Source of the DNA: Octopus sinensis | Taxonomy: Eukaryota | Length of the DNA stretch: 28,316 bases | NCBI RefSeq assembly: GCF_006345805.1 | Contig: NW_021827579.1 | Span: 1 to 28,316, forward strand | Direction: 5' to 3' | Shown here: piece after piece, positions 1-10,158 of the stretch | Numbering within the stretch: position 1 is the first letter of the stretch | How the letters are laid out: the number at the start of each line of letters is the position of its first letter | Notes under the pieces: generated by a model | The model's input: the letters and a program-made list of their open reading frames with translations, nothing else | Databases searched by the model: none | What the model was told of the DNA's origin: nothing | Made by a program: the position numbers and the translations under genes

Positions 1-224
1 TTATATATATTTATATATATATTTATACATGCATACACACACATATATATGTGTGTGTGTGTGTGTGTAAATTATATATATATAGAGTAAAAGAGTAAAA
101 TAATAAAAGAGTATATATATATATATAATATATATATATATCTATATATATATAAAGTATAATATAGATATATATATAATGTATGTATGTATATATATAT
201 ATATGTATGTATATATATAATATA

Positions 225-748
225 TTGGGTTGTCTGGAAAGTTCGTGCCGATTTATAGAAGCTTAACTTTCGACTTATTTTAGAACGTGTTTGAGTCCAT
301 AAAATAGGATTTGACTACACCTCCATTTAGGGCACAGTTTAAGCTATCTTTTTGTGGATGAAGGTTTATGTTCCTATAACCTGAGTTAATTCTGTAACCC
401 TTTGAAATGGAAGATAAGAAAGTTCATTTTCGGCACTTGATGCTTTTCTTTTTCGTAAAGGGAAAAATGCCCCACAAGCAACCAAAGAAATATGCGCAGT
501 TTACGGTGATGTTTCTTTATCCGAAAGAACTGAACGGAAGTGGTTCGCAAGGTTCTGAGCTGGAGATTGTAGCCTTATTGATAAAGAGCGATCAAGCAGA
601 CCATTCACTACAGATGATGACCAAATCAAGTCATTAATTGAGAATAACCCACATTGCACAACTTGAGAATTGACAGGAAGCCTCAGCCTATCAAAATCCG
701 TCGTTCATGAGCACCTGGTAAAACTTGGGTACACAAATCGCTTCGATG
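225..748 (+). mobile_element. mariner transposon, left TIR plus 5' part of transposase (truncated)
   Basis: TA at 223-224 followed by TTGGGTTGTCTGGAAAGTTCGTGCCGATTT, similar to mellifera-subfamily mariner TIRs as I recall them. No right TIR is present in the window. Confidence 0.9.
407..748 (+). pseudogene. mariner transposase N-terminal HTH region, frameshifted with stops
   Basis: MEDKKVHFRHLMLFF, a 1-nt frameshift, then RKGKNAPQATKEICAVYGDVSLSERTERKWFARF*AGDCSLIDKERSSRP...HLVKLGYTNRFD. The TGA stops at 556 and 664 fall at expected Arg (CGA) positions. Confidence 0.9.
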
Positions 749-773
749 AGAGGGGGCATCCCTGACGGACCCG

Positions 774-870
774 TAATAATAATAATGGTTTCGAATTTTG
801 CCATAAGGTCAACCATTTGGGGGGAGGGGATGAGTTGATTACATTGACCCCAGCGTTTAACTGGTACTTA
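774..870 (-). mobile_element. SINE 3' fragment (shares core with the 12386 family, different tail)
   Basis: The reverse complement reads TAAGTACCAGTTAAACGCTGGGGTCAATGTAATCAACTC, matching the core at about 12515-12553. It then carries a different tail ending in (ATT)n. Confidence 0.7.
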
Positions 871-877
871 TTATTAT

Positions 878-1465
878 CAGGTTGTAACTGAGGTAGAAAA
901 TGTAACTGTTTTGGGGGACATCCCAGTATGTACAGACCGGACTATCAAGGCAAATAAACCAGATATTGTTGTGAAAGACCAAAACAATAAAGTATGTGTA
1001 TTAATTGACATGAACATACCTTTGACCATAATATCTCGGCAAAAGAATTTGATAAGCTCAGAAAATATAAAGATTTGCTAATCGAAATCTAAAAACTGTG
1101 GCATCTCAAGACGGTTACAATACCAGTGATTGTCGGAGCAATTGGAATAGTCAAAAAAGGAACTGAAAATTATTTAAGAATGATCCCTGGCTTACCATCC
1201 ATGCAGGAAGTGCAAATGATTGTCTTAACTGGTACATCACACGTATTGAGAAGAGCCTTGTCTCTGAGAATCTTCTTTCCTTGTCCCCTCTTTTATTTTC
1301 TTTGATTTCTCTGTTATTTTTTTATTTTACCTTTTTCCTCTGTCACATGACTTTGTAAATTAACAATCTGGTGTGTTTATTTTAAAGGGCATACCAATGT
1401 ATACAGCGAGTTTCTCTGTCCCAGGCACCAAGAAAACACTCAGCAAGAGATGGAAACAATTGAAA
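878..1465 (+). mobile_element. R4/Dong-type non-LTR retrotransposon 3' end (restriction-like endonuclease remnant plus 3' UTR)
   Basis: Translation from 881: VVTEVENVTVLGDIPVCTDRTIKANKPDIVVKDQNNKVCVLIDMNIP, frameshift, DHNISAKEFDKLRKYKDLLIEI*KLWHLKTVTIPVIVGAIG...VLRRALSL. This is the PD..D..K..KY restriction-like endonuclease pattern. An (AAT)n tract follows. Confidence 0.85.
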
Positions 1466-1477
1466 GATGATAACGAT

Positions 1478-1502
1478 AAATGATGATAATAATAACAATA
1501 AC

Positions 1503-1538
<36 letters not shown>

Positions 1539-1564
1539 TATAATAATAATAATGATGATAATAC

Positions 1565-1631
<67 letters not shown>

Positions 1632-1643
1632 ATAATAATAATG

Positions 1644-1707
<64 letters not shown>

Positions 1708-1752
1708 TAATGATGGTGATGATGCTGATGATGATGATGATAATAATAATAG

Positions 1753-1804
<52 letters not shown>

Positions 1805-1845
1805 TGAGGATGATGATGATGAATATGATGGTGATGATGGTTTCT
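1478..1845. repeat. (AAT)n/(GAT)n compound microsatellite
   Basis: Seen directly. Confidence 0.95.
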
Positions 1846-2099
1846 AATAATATATGTGGGGTATTTTCGAAGATAAGGATAACGCCCTAATTAGCCCACA
1901 TAAAGGCGCAATGTTAAGTAACACCCAGAAACCCTCTCCACCCTCGCCACCTGTCCACATTATCCCCCTCCCACTCACTTCCACGAAACATAGAAACCGA
2001 TTAGATTAGTACTTATCTGAGAAATATGTTAAGTGTGTTCACAGTAATTTGGTAATTCGACTTCGGAAAGAAAATATATACGGCAGGGTTGTATGATTT

Positions 2100-2435
2100 A
2101 TTTTATTATTATTATTATTATCATCATCATTATTGTTATTATTATTATTGTTGTTATTATTATTATTGTTGTTGTTGTTGTTGTTGTTCTTCTTCTTCTT
2201 CTTCTTCTTATTATTATGATTATGATTTTATTATTAATATTATTATTATAATAATAATAATAATAATATAATAATAATAATAATAATATTATTATTAATA
2301 TTATTATTATTCTTATTATTATATTATTATTTTTTTATTATTATTATTATTAATATCATCATCATCATCATCATCATCATCATTATTATCATATTGTCAT
2401 TATTATCATTATTATCATTATATATTATTATTATA

Positions 2436-2483
<48 letters not shown>

Positions 2484-2497
2484 TATTATTATTATTT
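2100..2497. repeat. (TAT)n/(GTT)n/(CAT)n compound microsatellite
   Basis: Seen directly. Confidence 0.95.
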
Positions 2498-2504
2498 TTA
2501 GTGA

Positions 2505-2975
2505 TTTATGTTTTGAGAGAACAGAGCATGCCATCAAAGTGACACTGGGGTACAAATATACGAAGCCCAGTATACCCATCATGACTACCCGTCTGATAAG
2601 GGTACACCAGGCACATGCATCACAACCATATGTGTGCGACATGGTGATCTAATGTCAAGATAAACAGCACATGACCTTGCAGGTGGGGCCCAGTTAAAAT
2701 TTTCTTCAGGTCGAGTAACCCATCCTGCTCAAAAGATCCCTGAATAAGGGTTGTTTAAGGATGTTGAACGAAACACCCCGTTTCCAGCGGTGAATTATTC
2801 AAACCTCAAAGAATCCCTCTCAACACATGGCTATGATGCTCTCCCACTACTTCTGCTCGTGATCAGAGATGCACATATCGTCAATCACTAAGGGACATGC
2901 TCAACTGGTTAAGGTCAAACAACTGACAAGCAAATCTGTGGTATTGAGCAGAATATTTGCTGTAGCCCATCTTCT
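2505..2975. repeat. unclassified interspersed repeat
   Basis: 2813-2962 is clearly homologous to 16077-16230 (CCCTCTCAACAC...GGTATTGAGCAGAATATTTGCT). No coding similarity recognised. Confidence 0.7.
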
Positions 2976-2985
2976 ATAACAATTA

Positions 2986-3034
<49 letters not shown>

Positions 3035-3420
3035 ATGCCAACTTGTTCTTTTTGCACGTACGTACCTGTGGTGTGTGTCACGCTTACTTCAAACGAAGAA
3101 GTGAGTGGAAGAACGAGAGAGAGGGAGAGAGAGAGAGGAGGAGGACAGAGAGAAAGTAAGAGAGAAAGATAGAGTGGGTGAGAGAGAAAAAGAGAGAGAG
3201 TGAGAGAGAAAGAGAGTGGAAGAAAGTGAGTGGTGACGGCGTTCATTTTGCGTTTTTAAATGTTTATCGCATCGCAAGAAAAGTAGATACATAGATCCAA
3301 AGAAGAGTTGATGCATAGGTACATACACACATTGTTGAATTAAAAACAGAGAGAGGAGGGACACAGGGGAAGTGAGAGAAATAGAGAAAAAGTGAAAGAG
3401 ACAGTAGATACATAGATACC

Positions 3421-3920
3421 CGCCTCTTCAGGACTACTTTCGGGTCGGGATCTATGAACAATTTCCAGAGATCCCTGGCCTGGCAGTGCTATCGGGAAGC
3501 ATTGCCCGTTCGAGAGAAGGTCTACAGACACGGTTCAAGAAACACCGAACCGACCTGCGTGAGGTGCGGTCAGGACGATGAAACAGTCCTGCACGCACTC
3601 GTGCAGTGTCCACATATTTCAGAACTGTGGATCTTTGTCCAACGGCTGCTGTCCCGTGTGGGACGAATCCGTTTGTCAGCCGAGTCTGTCGGGAATATTG
3701 CCCTGTCACCTTCCTTTAACAGGGAAGACAAGCAGTTTTCGTCGTACTGGTGGCTATCGTGAAAGGATGTGTGTGGTGGACTCGTTTGAAAGGTTTAGAG
3801 ACAAATACTTTCTTCTTTGGCCAATCTCTCAACTTTTTCGAGTATTACTTGAAAAGGAAGGTGAGAGTAAAAAGAATAATTCTACATTATATTGTCCCCT
3901 CTGTATTAAGTCCTGTGTAG
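3421..3920 (+). mobile_element. Tx1/L1-clade LINE ORF2 C-terminal zinc-knuckle remnant
   Basis: RLFRTTFGSGSMNNFQRSLAWQCYREALPVREKVYRHGSRNTEPTCVRCGQDDETVLHALVQCPHISELW (CxxC..E...H...C motif), frameshift, then LVAIVKGCVWWTRLKG...YYLKRKVRV. Confidence 0.85.
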
Positions 3921-4048
3921 CTATCTTCCTATCTGTGTTGTGTGTGTGTGTGGTGTGTTGTGGGGTGTATGGTGTGTGTTGTGTGTGTGTGGGTTGATCA
4001 CTGCCTGTCCTGATTCCTGGTGCTAATCTCTACTACCCTATCTACTGC

Positions 4049-4050
<2 letters not shown>

Positions 4051-4142
<92 letters not shown>
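4051..4142. repeat. (TCTA)n microsatellite
   Basis: Seen directly. Confidence 0.95.
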
Positions 4143-4510
4143 GTGCGTATATGTGTGTAAATGTATGTATGTATGTATGCTGTACATTGGGTACATGTGT
4201 GTCTCTGTAATCGCAAGGGTGTTGAGTAAAGAGGTCGTACTTGGAAGTGATGTCCTACATTCGCTTTTTATTTTACCAATGTAAACATTGCAATTTTGGG
4301 GAGTGCCTTGGTTGGGGGTGGCCATCTCTCTCTTTCTTCTCTCTCTCTCTCTCTAAATGTCATTACGTAGAGAACACTCCAGTGAAAGGAAAACACAAAT
4401 GAAATGTCAGTTTCTGCAAACAACAGGAAGTTATGGAGGCTTTGGGCGAACGTCTGCGATTTGATGAGGGATGGCGATAGGGGTAATTGGAGAATTGGAT
4501 GCTGCTGAGG

Positions 4511-4512
4511 TT

Positions 4513-4546
<34 letters not shown>

Positions 4547-5860
4547 GCTGTCACGGCTGTCACAGCTGTTTTACTGTTGCTCTTGCTGCTGTTGTTTCCG
4601 CAGTTGCTGCTGTTGCTCTTGTTCCCGTTCCTGTTCCCGCTGCTGTTGCTGTTGCTGCTGCTGTTGTTGCTGCTGTCGTTGCTGCTGTTATTGCTACTGC
4701 TACTGTTGTTACTGCTGTTGCTGCTGCTGGTGTGGTTGCTGCTGCTGTTTCTGTTGACGGCGCAATTGTTGCTAATGTTGCTGCTGTTGTCGCAGTTGTT
4801 GCTGCTGTTATTGTTGCGGCTGTTGTTGCTTTTGCTGTTGTTGCTGCTGATTGCCGCTGCTGTTGTCGCTGCTGTTATTGCTGCTGTTGTTGTTGCTATT
4901 GCCGCTGCTGTTGTCGCTGCTGTTGTCGCTGCTGTTATTGCTTCTGATGTTGCTGCTGTTATCGTAGTTGTTGCTGTTGCAGTTGTTGCTGCTGTTGCTG
5001 CTCCGGGTTTCTACTGTTGCCGCTGTTGCTGTCGCTGCTGTTGTCATTGTTGCTGCTGTTGTCGTGCTGTTGTTGCCACAGTTTCTCTTGCTGTTGCTGC
5101 TGTTGCTGTTGAGTGAACAGTCTTCGTCCCAGAGCTCGCAAGATGGGAGAAGTCCGAAACGTGGTCCTTTGCTATTCGTAAGACCCGCAGAAGAGAAAGC
5201 AGGTCCCCCCCCCCCCTCCCGACACCCGAGAGCATCGACGGATGGATGAATGCGCATCCAGGCTCAGCGGTTGCGTAGGAAGTCGGGGACAAGAAACAGG
5301 AAGAAAGAGCGAGAGAAAGTCGGGGCGAAAGTGTACAACAGGGGTCGCTACCCCTACCCCCTGTCGGAGCCTCGTGGAGCTTTAGGTGTTTTCGCTCAAT
5401 AGACACACACGACGCCCGGTCTGGGAATCGAAACCGCGATCCTCCGACCGCGAGTCCGCTGCTCTAACCATTGGGCCATTGTGCCTCCACTTTGCTGTTG
5501 CTGCTGTTTTTGTTATTGCTTCCGTTGCTGCTGCTGCTGTTTCTGTTGTCGCCGCAGTTGTTGCTAATGTTGCTGATGTTGTCGCAGTTGGTTTGTTGCC
5601 TGCTGCTGCTGTTTCTGCTGCTGTCATTGTTGCTGCTGTTGTTGTTTCCGTTGTCGTGCTGTTGTTGCCACAGTTTCTCTTGCTGTTGCTGCTGCTGTTG
5701 TTGTTGCTGCTGTTTCTGCAGTTGCTGCTGCTGTTGCTGTTATCACTGCTGATGCTGTTGCTGCTGTTTTTTGTTACTGCTGCTGTTGTTGCTGTTTCCG
5801 CTGCAGATGTTGTGGCTGCTCATACTGCAACTGCTGCTGTCGTTGCTGCCGACGCTGCTG
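4511..5860. repeat. (GCT/GTT)n degenerate trinucleotide array interrupted by a SINE
   Basis: The array occupies 4511-5110 and 5491-5860. Confidence 0.9.
5111..5490 (-). mobile_element. tRNA-derived SINE, apparently full length, ending in a CAA/CAG tail
   Basis: Minus-strand head GTGGAGGCACAATGGCCCAATGGTTAGAGCAGCGGACTCGCGGTCGGAGGATCGCGGTTTCGATTCCC contains box A (TGGCCCAATGG) and box B (GGTTTCGATTCC). Confidence 0.85.
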
Positions 5861-6058
5861 AATAGTGTTCCTTATTTGACCCTAAGCAGACACGGACAAA
5901 CCGCGGCCCGCAGGGACTTTCTAAATATTACACCTAACGAAAAATCGCCTTAAGTATTTTTGGTAGTGTTTCTCCATAAAGATTGCCGTGCCTGGTTTAA
6001 AGCAATCCTTCACTAAAAAAAATAGTATCGCCTCGTTTTTATATGTTAATCTTGGCTT

Positions 6059-6129
6059 TCCTACTGACGAGAGCTTTGCCAAGTAAATTATTTTATTTGC
6101 TGAAGATAGCTTGAAACCACAGTATAGGA
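6059..6129 (+). ncRNA. type I hammerhead ribozyme fold (HHR-A)
   Basis: Stem I TCCTA(6059-63)/TAGGA(6125-29); core CTGACGA; stem II GAGCT(6071-75)/AGCTT(6108-12) with an inner AGTAAAT/ATTTGCT helix; GAAAC-CACA-GTA with predicted cleavage after 6124. Confidence 0.7.
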
Positions 6130-6292
6130 TATAGAGGGTAAATGTTTTTATTTTTCATTCTCTTTCGAAATTATCCCTAATAGTGGTTTGGAGTTTAACT
6201 ACTCCTTCTTGCGGTCAGATGTCCTGTTATGGCCATCACTTGTGTGTTTAAATGTCCACTATTATGTATATATATATATAATATTATATATA

Positions 6293-6334
<42 letters not shown>

Positions 6335-6801
6335 TTAAATTAATGCTAAAAATTAGAATCTTGATCAACTACATAGATTGACTAAAATCGATTATTTTTT
6401 TTAATACAAAACTTTATCCCATCTAACAGCCGTTTCTGCTACCAATGTCCTTCGATGTTGCCATCGAAATTTCTGAGAATAATATTCATCATATTTTGTA
6501 ACACATCCGATCTGGAACATTGAGTTTCATCAGAGGGAAGAAAAATACATAACAGAGAAGGAAAGAGGAAGACCCCCGAGAAAAAGAATGAACGCTTAAT
6601 ATATTTAAATTATTCCATTTTGCAGTGTAACGCTTCAGGACGTTGAGTAAATGACTAAGCTCATTTTGTCATTTACTCACGTCCTGACAAATATTATATA
6701 TATATATATCTATATTATTATATATATATATATATATATGTATTAGTATGTATCTATATATATATATATATATATATGTGTGTATGTATGTATATATATA
6801 T

Positions 6802-6853
<52 letters not shown>

Positions 6854-6869
6854 CATATATATCCATATA

Positions 6870-7150
6870 TATTTCGTTTTGGGATTTGGTTTGCAAAATT
6901 CTTTATATGAGTGTGTTGAAGCATATTCTGTTGTGTCTGGGGAGAGTTATTTTCTTTTTGTACCTTATAATGTAACACACTCACCGGTAAAATTCCACTT
7001 ATTTCTTATTTTTATTTTCCGACTATTGGAAAGGTTGCAAGATGCAACGAAAATATTAGAAAAATAGAAATAAGTGGAAATTTCACCGGTGAGTGTGTTA
7101 CATTATAAGGCACAGAAAGAAAATGACTCTCCCCAGACACAACAGCATAT
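6870..7150. mobile_element. inverted-repeat element between (TA)n tracts
   Basis: 6928-7005 is the reverse complement of 7067-7145 with about 5 differences. Confidence 0.7.
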
Positions 7151-7362
7151 ATATATATTGAAATCAAGAATAAAATCTACATAGCTAGCATATAAAAACA
7201 AATTAAGCTAAAAATTAATACAACGTGTCTGTGTGATAGGTAAAGTAGCTTAAAGCCATGTGGCGTCTTCTAGTATGTGGTATTACTTAGTAGTCGCCCT
7301 TACTAATAATTTTATAATTACATTTATAACATTATACACTTAATGTTGTGTATACATACATA

Positions 7363-7407
<45 letters not shown>

Positions 7408-7517
7408 TATATACATATATGTATATATATATATATATACATATATACATTTATATATGTATATATATATATGTATATATATATATGTATGTTATATATA
7501 TATCTATATCTTATATA

Positions 7518-7575
<58 letters not shown>

Positions 7576-7935
7576 CGCACACATTCTAAAACCTACACAT
7601 CTGAGTCTGTCGTAGGTCAACCAACACGTTAAATGTAAATCCCCGTTGAGAAAATCCTTCCCTGATGAAATATTAACCAGTTTCATTATGAAAATTTAAT
7701 TAAGCTAATTTAATTTAATTTCTTTTATTGAACTAATTGGGTATGGCAACAGCTGTAGGACTGGAATTCCTTTGTATGGTTTTGAGTATCTTTGAATAAA
7801 CTGATATCTGCATGTCAATTTTACCATTTTCTTCCTTTTCTCATTCATACATGTATGTATATATGTATTATATATATACAATATGCATGCACACACATCC
7901 ATACATATAGGCGTATACATCATACTACTCATACA

Positions 7936-8004
<69 letters not shown>

Positions 8005-8007
8005 TAT

Positions 8008-8217
8008 AAAATGTGACCGCGTGTGTACCGTGGTGATTTTTTCTCTCTGTCTTCCCTTCTCTGGATCTTTCCTTCTCCTATGTTTCCGACGAAGAGCTCC
8101 GCTCGAAACGTTAAACCCTCCTTCTTTCCTTCTTTCCTGAGCGTCCAATTACCATATTTGTTCCACGTCCTCGCGTTGTTGTGTTTTTTTGTGCTTTTTG
8201 TGCTTTCTTGTTTGGAT

Positions 8218-8222
<5 letters not shown>
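8008..8222 (+). mobile_element. 215-bp non-coding unit inside (TA)n carrying a minimal hammerhead (retrozyme/Penelope-type remnant)
   Basis: Bounded on both sides by (TA)n; contains HHR-B. Confidence 0.65.
8082..8116 (+). ncRNA. minimal type I hammerhead-like fold with variant core (HHR-B)
   Basis: GTTT-CCGACGA-A-GAGC-TCC-GCTC-GAAA-CG-TT-AAAC: 4-bp stem I, 4-bp stem II, palindromic ACGT stem III. Confidence 0.6.
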
Positions 8223-8288
<66 letters not shown>

Positions 8289-8559
8289 CAAAATCGGACA
8301 AGAACGCAAAACATCCAGAAGACGATACAAAAAAACAGGTCGGGTCATTCGAAGCTTTCTATCCTCAGTCAAGAACCGGATCATCCTCGCAATTTCGGCT
8401 GATTGATCTTGAGATTGCTCCAATCTGGCCAGCCCCAAGGAAAAACTAAGCTAAGAGCATTAGATTCTTTGGAAGAAAGCATCGAATGTATACGAAAACA
8501 AGGACGGAAAAACAGACGATGTTACATGAATATAAATACAAAATACAATAAAAATAGTG

Positions 8560-8830
8560 CATATATGTGTGTCTGTGTGTCCTTGTGTCTATATTTGCGT
8601 TTGCACCCCTCTCCGACGTTTGACAACCGGTGTTAGTTCGTTTACATTCCCATAAAATAGCACTTCGGCAAATGAGACCGAGGGAATAAGTACTAGACTT
8701 GAAAAAAAGAACAAAAACAAAAAAAATGTTAACCCCTCAAAAAATTTTTAAAAAGTAATTAGTGGGGTTCTATGCTCCAGCGTGATCGCAATCCATCCAA
8801 TGACGGAAATAAGTAAAAGATGAAAGACTC
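8560..8830 (+). mobile_element. 3' half of the microsatellite-containing SINE family (diverged)
   Basis: GAATAAGTACTAG...TGCTCCAGCGTG...AAGTAAAAGA, homologous to 9989-10110 and 11860-11970. Confidence 0.6.
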
Positions 8831-8921
8831 TATTGCTTGCTTTTTCATTTGTTTATGTATTTATTTGTTTGTTTTTGTTTCATGTTCTGTTTGTGTAAAG
8901 CGGAACCCGGATGTCTGTGCT

Positions 8922-9295
8922 TGTGTGTGTGTGTGTGTATGTGTGTGTGTGTGTGCATGTGTGTGAGCATGTGTGTGTGCGTGCGTGCGGTTATCTGTGT
9001 GTGCGGTCTTCTGTGGAGGCGGTTTTTTCTGCGTGTGTGTGTGTATGTTTATGTGTGTGTGTGCATGTGTGTGTGTGTGTGTGTGCGTGTGTGTGTGAGT
9101 GTGTGTGTGCGTGTGTGGTGACGGAAGGTCTTGAAATGAGAACTGAAATTTGAAACCGTGCCACCGTGATTTGCAACCGGATATTCACCTTCCGTCTTCT
9201 GACTCATCAGTTAATCCAACTCACACTCAGACACACACATGCACACACACACGCACACACGCATACACACATACACAAACACAAACTCACAAATA
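8922..9295. repeat. (GT)n and (CA)n tracts flanking a unique core
   Basis: (GT)n at 8922-9119 and (CA)n at 9222-9295. Confidence 0.9.
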
Positions 9296-9486
9296 GACAT
9301 ACGGTAAAAAAGATCTTTAAACAAAAAATCCCATTGCCGCCATCTTTGTTTCCATTTAACACTCCCTAATGCCTTCCACTTACCTGTCTATTATTTACCT
9401 CATTTACACATCTATACACCTACCTGTCTATCTACCTGACTGTTTGTCTGATTATCTCTCTGCTCATCATTCCACGTAAATGTTGA

Positions 9487-9487
<1 letters not shown>

Positions 9488-9522
<35 letters not shown>

Positions 9523-9538
9523 ATATTTATCTATATAT

Positions 9539-9578
<40 letters not shown>

Positions 9579-9579
9579 G

Positions 9580-9643
<64 letters not shown>

Positions 9644-9644
9644 C

Positions 9645-9708
<64 letters not shown>

Positions 9709-9709
9709 A

Positions 9710-9740
<31 letters not shown>
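9488..9740. repeat. (CT)n/(CTAT)n microsatellite
   Basis: Seen directly. Confidence 0.95.
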
Positions 9741-9988
9741 GTGGTTGGAAAGAAAACTTCTTCACCACATAACCATGCGTGATGCCCATCCTCATCCTTT
9801 GGAAGTGTGAATTGCTGAGGATAATCACCACGCTTTGAAACTCGGAGTACAGAGGAATTTGAATGATCCAAACATGTAACTCACAATAAATGTGTTGAGT
9901 GCCCTTCTTTCATTTGTCCACTCTCTCGTATGTATGCATGTATGTATGTATGTATGTATGCATGCATGTATTATGTATCTATGTACTT

Positions 9989-10108
9989 ATCATAGAATAA
10001 GCACTAGGCTTACAAAGAATAAGTCCTGGGGTCGATTTGCTCAACTAAAGGCGGTGCTCCAGCATGGCCACAGTCACATGACTGAAACAAGTAAAAGAGT
10101 AAAAAAGA

Positions 10109-10110
<2 letters not shown>
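9989..10110 (+). mobile_element. SINE 3' tail fragment
   Basis: AGAATAAGCACTAGGCTTACAAAGAATAAGTCCTGGGGTCGATTTG...GGTGCTCCAGCATGGCCACAGTC...TGACTGAAACAAGTAAAAGAG, with homologs at 11860 and 20670 (-). Confidence 0.7.

Positions 10111-10158
<48 letters not shown>

Noticed and set aside
3282-3417. 15-bp direct repeat AGTAGATACATAGAT at 3282 and 3403
   Set aside because: Low-complexity GATA-like sequence; the enclosed 106 bp is not a recognisable element.
4131-4325. Minus-strand ORF MATPNQGTPQNC...
   Set aside because: Short, runs into microsatellite, no recognisable homology or convincing splice sites.
8335-8375. Minus-strand CTGAGGA...GAAT in the 8281-8545 unit
   Set aside because: No GAAA/UH geometry and no stem I.
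9180-9215. Minus-strand CTGATGA-GTC-AGAA-GAC
   Set aside because: Good stem II, but followed by GGAAG with no stem III or adjacent stem I.
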